Of a stretch of 64,000 nucleotides of DNA, positions 60,450 to 64,000 are shown in pieces (the stretch's first letter is position 1; each line of letters opens with the position of its first letter). The position numbers and the translations under genes were made by a program. This DNA is from Candidatus Poribacteria bacterium (GTDB taxonomy: Bacteria; Poribacteria; WGA-4E; PCPOR2b), in NCBI GenBank assembly GCA_965208675.1, contig OZ242351.1:3456001-3520000 (forward strand). Reading direction: 5' to 3'. The notes beneath the pieces are model-generated. The model saw only the letters and a list, made by a program, of their open reading frames with translations. It was not told where the DNA came from and ran no database searches.

Positions 60450-62467
60450 GGCCAATCAGGAAAACCTTTTTGATATAGTTCACGAAAAATCTGTGCAGTT
60501 AGTGTGCATGGGCCTTGTAGTGACGGCTGAGGCTTATTGTTTTTTTTGAATACATCTTTCACCTCATCCAATGAGACGGGTTGTCGAAAGAGAAACGTAT
60601 GCGAAAATTTCAATGCCATGAGTTTCTTCGACGGATCATGGTGGCAAATCTCATAAAGGTCGTCCCATTTCAGAATCCCGAATTTTTTGAATTTTCTGAA
60701 AAGTTCTTTGGGGGTGTCTACTACAACGTCGTCTAGGCGAGATACGGCTATAATTTGGTGTTTATCTCTGCTAACATACCACAAAATCCGAGCTGGGGCT
60801 TTTAACATTTTGTGACGCGTTGCTGAACGATAGTAAACATTATTCCAGAGCAATAGGACTTCAGGATTCCCCCCGAAGAGGTCGTCTGCCGACGCTAGTC
60901 TGTCAATCAGACTAATCGCATAGCCAGCCTGAATTGGTATCAGAAAAAGCCTTTGGGGTGCAGGCTTGAGACTTAGCGGAGAACAACATTGTTCTAGGCC
61001 AAGATCTAACATACACTGATAACTAGATAGACATTCAGGGCGTAGTGCAGCAATCGCAGACAATACTTCCTTCCGACTCTTGCACCGAGAAAAACAGAAT
61101 CTCACGAAACTGCTGTCAAATTTTATAAATCCCAACTCTAACAAGTCTGGTGTCATGCTGAGGGCGACGGAAGAAATTTCGAACTTGACCATATCCAGAT
61201 TTTCCTCAACTGCTTTGGCAATCGTGTCGGCAATGAGAAAGCGGCCGAACAGCAATCTGTCAGCAGAATATATCACTCTTGCCAAAGGTGAACTGAGTAC
61301 TCTATTGAAACTCTTTGTCAGAACTCGGATTCCAATTAATTCATCACGTGACCGTAGCAGTTCACATTCGTAACGATTCGGTTCGGCTAGCAAGGATTCC
61401 AGTTTTACCCTAAATTTCCCCGTCGTTTCATGTTTTTCTACAAATGAAGCAAAGGGAAAGGATGCTAAGTCTTTGGACTCCATGCGTTGCCAACGAAGGC
61501 GAAAGCCTGCAATTCGGTCGGGGACATAGGATTGCTGTTCTGCCAACTCATGCATCCGAATAATCAGGTCGACGGGACTAATCACATCAAGCCCTGTTAG
61601 CTCGGCTATTGCTTTTGACTTTTTCAGTAACGCCCGGTCGCGAGTGACAAATGTGTTTACGCTGGACGCGGCAGCTTTAGCTAAATGTTGAATATCGGAA
61701 TCCTGATTTCGCCTTCCGCGAGGAAGTATTCCACTTAGTAGTTCGGCAATACCTTCTGTTAAATGGACGGGGGATTTAATTTGAGGAAAGTTGTGAGCTC
61801 TGTTATTGGATAGTTTACGTAGTTGTGGATCGTCCTGTCGGTCAATTTCATTGAGCAGCTCGTCCGTAATCCAAAGGCTTAAGGAATCTACTAGGAAATC
61901 GGAGAGGAGCATTTTAGATGGTGTGGTCTTATCACTATCTGGTTCATCAAAATCGAAGAAGATCTGGGCATCAATGATGATGTCCACAGTATCGTCTGAT
62001 GTTCTTGCTTGAAATATCTCTAACTGCTCCTCTTGAGTGAGTGTGAGTTCCCAGGTCGTCAAGCGGTGATTATCCTTTGAACGGCTCGGTTTTTCTCCTA
62101 TGGCCACGAACCCCAATTTGGGCCACATGCGATTTTCCGGGAAATCACGACGACAATTTAGTGTTATAAACTTTTGCGTAACCACCTTACCTCGCAAGTA
62201 ATTAACAAGCTGGGTAGCAACGCCTTTGCCACGATGCTGTTTCGCTACGCAAAGGTGTGTAATTCTGAAATAAATCGGATGGGCTGAGTAGAGAAGATAA
62301 CCCACAAGATTATCGTCATTGCCTATAACTCCAAGTGCGCCTCCTTTATTTAGAAAATCTTGCAGGGCTTCCTTCGGGAGAAAACCGAGCGTTTTACTGT
62401 TCATTTTCATTAGCTCGTCTACGGCATCAAGCCAAGCCGATGTTAGTTTCGAGACTGTTATGTTCAT
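60446..62467 (-). CDS. GNAT acetyltransferase-PIN-ASCH/PUA multidomain protein
   Basis: N-terminal GNAT (LCVAKQHRGKGVA), PIN-like IIIDAQIF...DIQHL...FVTRD, C-terminal NVYYRS...ILWYVS PUA-like domain. Confidence 0.8.
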   Translation of the reverse strand: MNITVSKLTSAWLDAVDELMKMNSKTLGFLPKEALQDFLNKGGALGVIGNDDNLVGYLLYSAHPIYFRITHLCVAKQHRGKGVATQLVNYLRGKVVTQKFITLNCRRDFPENRMWPKLGFVAIGEKPSRSKDNHRLTTWELTLTQEEQLEIFQARTSDDTVDIIIDAQIFFDFDEPDSDKTTPSKMLLSDFLVDSLSLWITDELLNEIDRQDDPQLRKLSNNRAHNFPQIKSPVHLTEGIAELLSGILPRGRRNQDSDIQHLAKAAASSVNTFVTRDRALLKKSKAIAELTGLDVISPVDLIIRMHELAEQQSYVPDRIAGFRLRWQRMESKDLASFPFASFVEKHETTGKFRVKLESLLAEPNRYECELLRSRDELIGIRVLTKSFNRVLSSPLARVIYSADRLLFGRFLIADTIAKAVEENLDMVKFEISSVALSMTPDLLELGFIKFDSSFVRFCFSRCKSRKEVLSAIAALRPECLSSYQCMLDLGLEQCCSPLSLKPAPQRLFLIPIQAGYAISLIDRLASADDLFGGNPEVLLLWNNVYYRSATRHKMLKAPARILWYVSRDKHQIIAVSRLDDVVVDTPKELFRKFKKFGILKWDDLYEICHHDPSKKLMALKFSHTFLFRQPVSLDEVKDVFKKNNKPQPSLQGPCTLTAQIFRELYQKGFPDWP

Positions 62468-62567
62468 AATTTGCCTTACTTAAGGGTAAACCCAAAAAGT
62501 CTTCACTATAAATTTACCTGTGAGATTGATAGCACAAATTTGATTATACCACACACCTGTTAAGTTG

Positions 62568-64000
62568 TCAATCATTGTTTAAGTCGGCGGGCTGATCCAC
62601 TTTCAGACTACCCGCCTTCCGCAGGCGCGCCTGCACAAGATCGATAACGGCTTCATACACGGCATCGCGTTCACCTTGTGTGAGGTTGAGGGCGTCGAAG
62701 ATGGCAGCGTCAAGGGTGCGACGCTCGCCTGATGGTTCAAGCATGTCCCATGAGGTTAAGGTGAAAATCGATACATCGTCAAAAGCAATCGTGTTTGGAT
62801 CTAAGCAGAATAACTCCGCGACCTCATAGGTCTGAATTTTCAACAGACCACCGCCGAAATTTGAACGTCCTGCCATATTTACCATGAGCTGGAATAAGGT
62901 CGAATTCAAAGATACACACAAACTCGGCGTCAAATCTGAATCCATGTGTATTTCTTGAAAATTATCGCTTGTGAAACAACCGTCCAGAGCATACAGAGTC
63001 TTTGCTGTTGAAGAAATCAAGTAGTTGAAAGCAAGCTGTGGAAGCCGCCGATTGCCCAAATCCCACCACCGCGCTCTACCGCTGCAACTCGGTCTCTGGT
63101 CAAACCTTCTTGATTTGCCGTATTCAATGTATTCTAAAGCGGCGGTGTCTACTAGGTCCTCTTTGTCTTTATTGCACATGAAGAGTTTGAACTTTAACTG
63201 GCTTGGATCGATTAGGATGCTTTTGCACTCTCGCGGACTTTTGATGACGGGCTTCAGGAACTCCTCCTCGATTCCCTATCGTCGAATTGCTTCGTCGTCA
63301 AGGTAGAAAAACTCGTTTGCCCCCGTTGTAAAACCTCGTCGCACCTCGGCGATGTCACCCAGCCGCACCAGTTTGTCCTTGCCTTTCTCCAGAATGGTCC
63401 AGTAGATGTCCGGTGCGCGGAGATACTTTCCGCCCCACTTGTCGCCTGCAAATTTCGGTTTGGGCGAGGCGTCAACAATTCCGTTTTCCAAAAGTGATTT
63501 TTGCGGCATTGGATCGACCCGGTGTTCCTGCCTCCTAAGGCGTTTCGAGGCGGTTTCAATCTCGTAGAAAATCACGGGATCTAGGATGGCTTCAAATGGT
63601 GTATTGAAGGAGACGAATCGTGCCGTACAGTCCAACCCTGACTGTCGTGTGTCGTCGGGTGCGGAGAAGAGACAAATGACGGTGTTCACATCGGCGGATG
63701 CGAAGGAACGCCGCGCACGATTGTCGATAATCTGTTTGATGCGGCAGTGCTTGAGGGTGAACTCCTGCAGGTCTTTTCCGTAGGCGACATCGAGCCACGA
63801 ATTTGAGGTGATGAAACAGAACGACCCCATGGGATTGAGAAGTGAAAGCGCGTGGAAATAGAAGTAGATGTAGAGGTCGCTCTTGGCGTCAATTTTGTGT
63901 GAGACCGCGGCGGCTGGGTTATCCGGTTTGACGTCCTTTTCGCGTTTGTAACCGAAGAAGCGCGGGAAGGCTTGGTACACGGAGCGGGCGAGTTTTGCCT
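62568..64000 (-). pseudogene. Type IIG/Eco57I-like DNA methylase/restriction enzyme, 3' part, interrupted by one in-frame TAG
   Basis: SDLYIYF, FITSNSWLDVAYG, GFTTGANEFFYL, NFGGGLLKIQTYE. ORFs 63276-63980 and 62568-63179 are the same frame, joined by TAG 63278-63276 then GIEEEFLKPVIKSPRECK. 5' end lies outside the window. Confidence 0.85.

Noticed and set aside
63276-63278. Programmed amber recoding (pyrrolysine or alternative code)
   Set aside because: TAG terminates many ordinary genes here (glmS, rpsO, pnp, gcvP) and no pyl genes are present.

Overview
Bacterial chromosomal window, probably from Candidatus Poribacteria. That is an inference from two PhyH-family dioxygenases, a DUF1501/DUF1553 pair, WD40 and HEAT repeat proteins, and a LamG protein ending in a 'V..xGKLxTxWGxIK' tail. 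Layout: (1) 1-10 kb accessory genes (MBL-fold hydrolase, PhyH, GH116, DUF1501/DUF1553, IS remnants, LamG). (2) A GlmU-like acetyltransferase and glmS. (3) A 13.2-17.6 kb island bracketed by REP-like repeats. It holds a C-terminally short solo cas1 (no cas2), a leader with its own promoter, and an atypical CRISPR mini-array in which two repeats enclose a 1,287-bp 'giant spacer' of phage-like coding DNA cut mid-gene at both repeat junctions. A brnT(internal deletion)-brnA module follows. (4) Housekeeping genes: rsmE, rimP-nusA-infB-DUF503-rbfA-DHH-truB-ribF-rpsO-pnp, gcvTHP, trkAH, moxR, nadA and a UbiD-family gene. (5) WD40 and carboxypeptidase-regulatory-like proteins. (6) A 50.9-64 kb minus-strand defence island: type IIG/Eco57I-like methylase with one in-frame TAG, GNAT-PIN-ASCH plus ASCH, Schlafen/AlbA, DUF5131, AAA ATPase plus DUF4276, and a PLD-SNF2 helicase, with a repeated 25-bp element between cargo genes. 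The best candidate for an undescribed system is the cas1/giant-spacer locus, although a chimeric assembly must be excluded. All family calls come from motif recognition by eye; no database searches were run.
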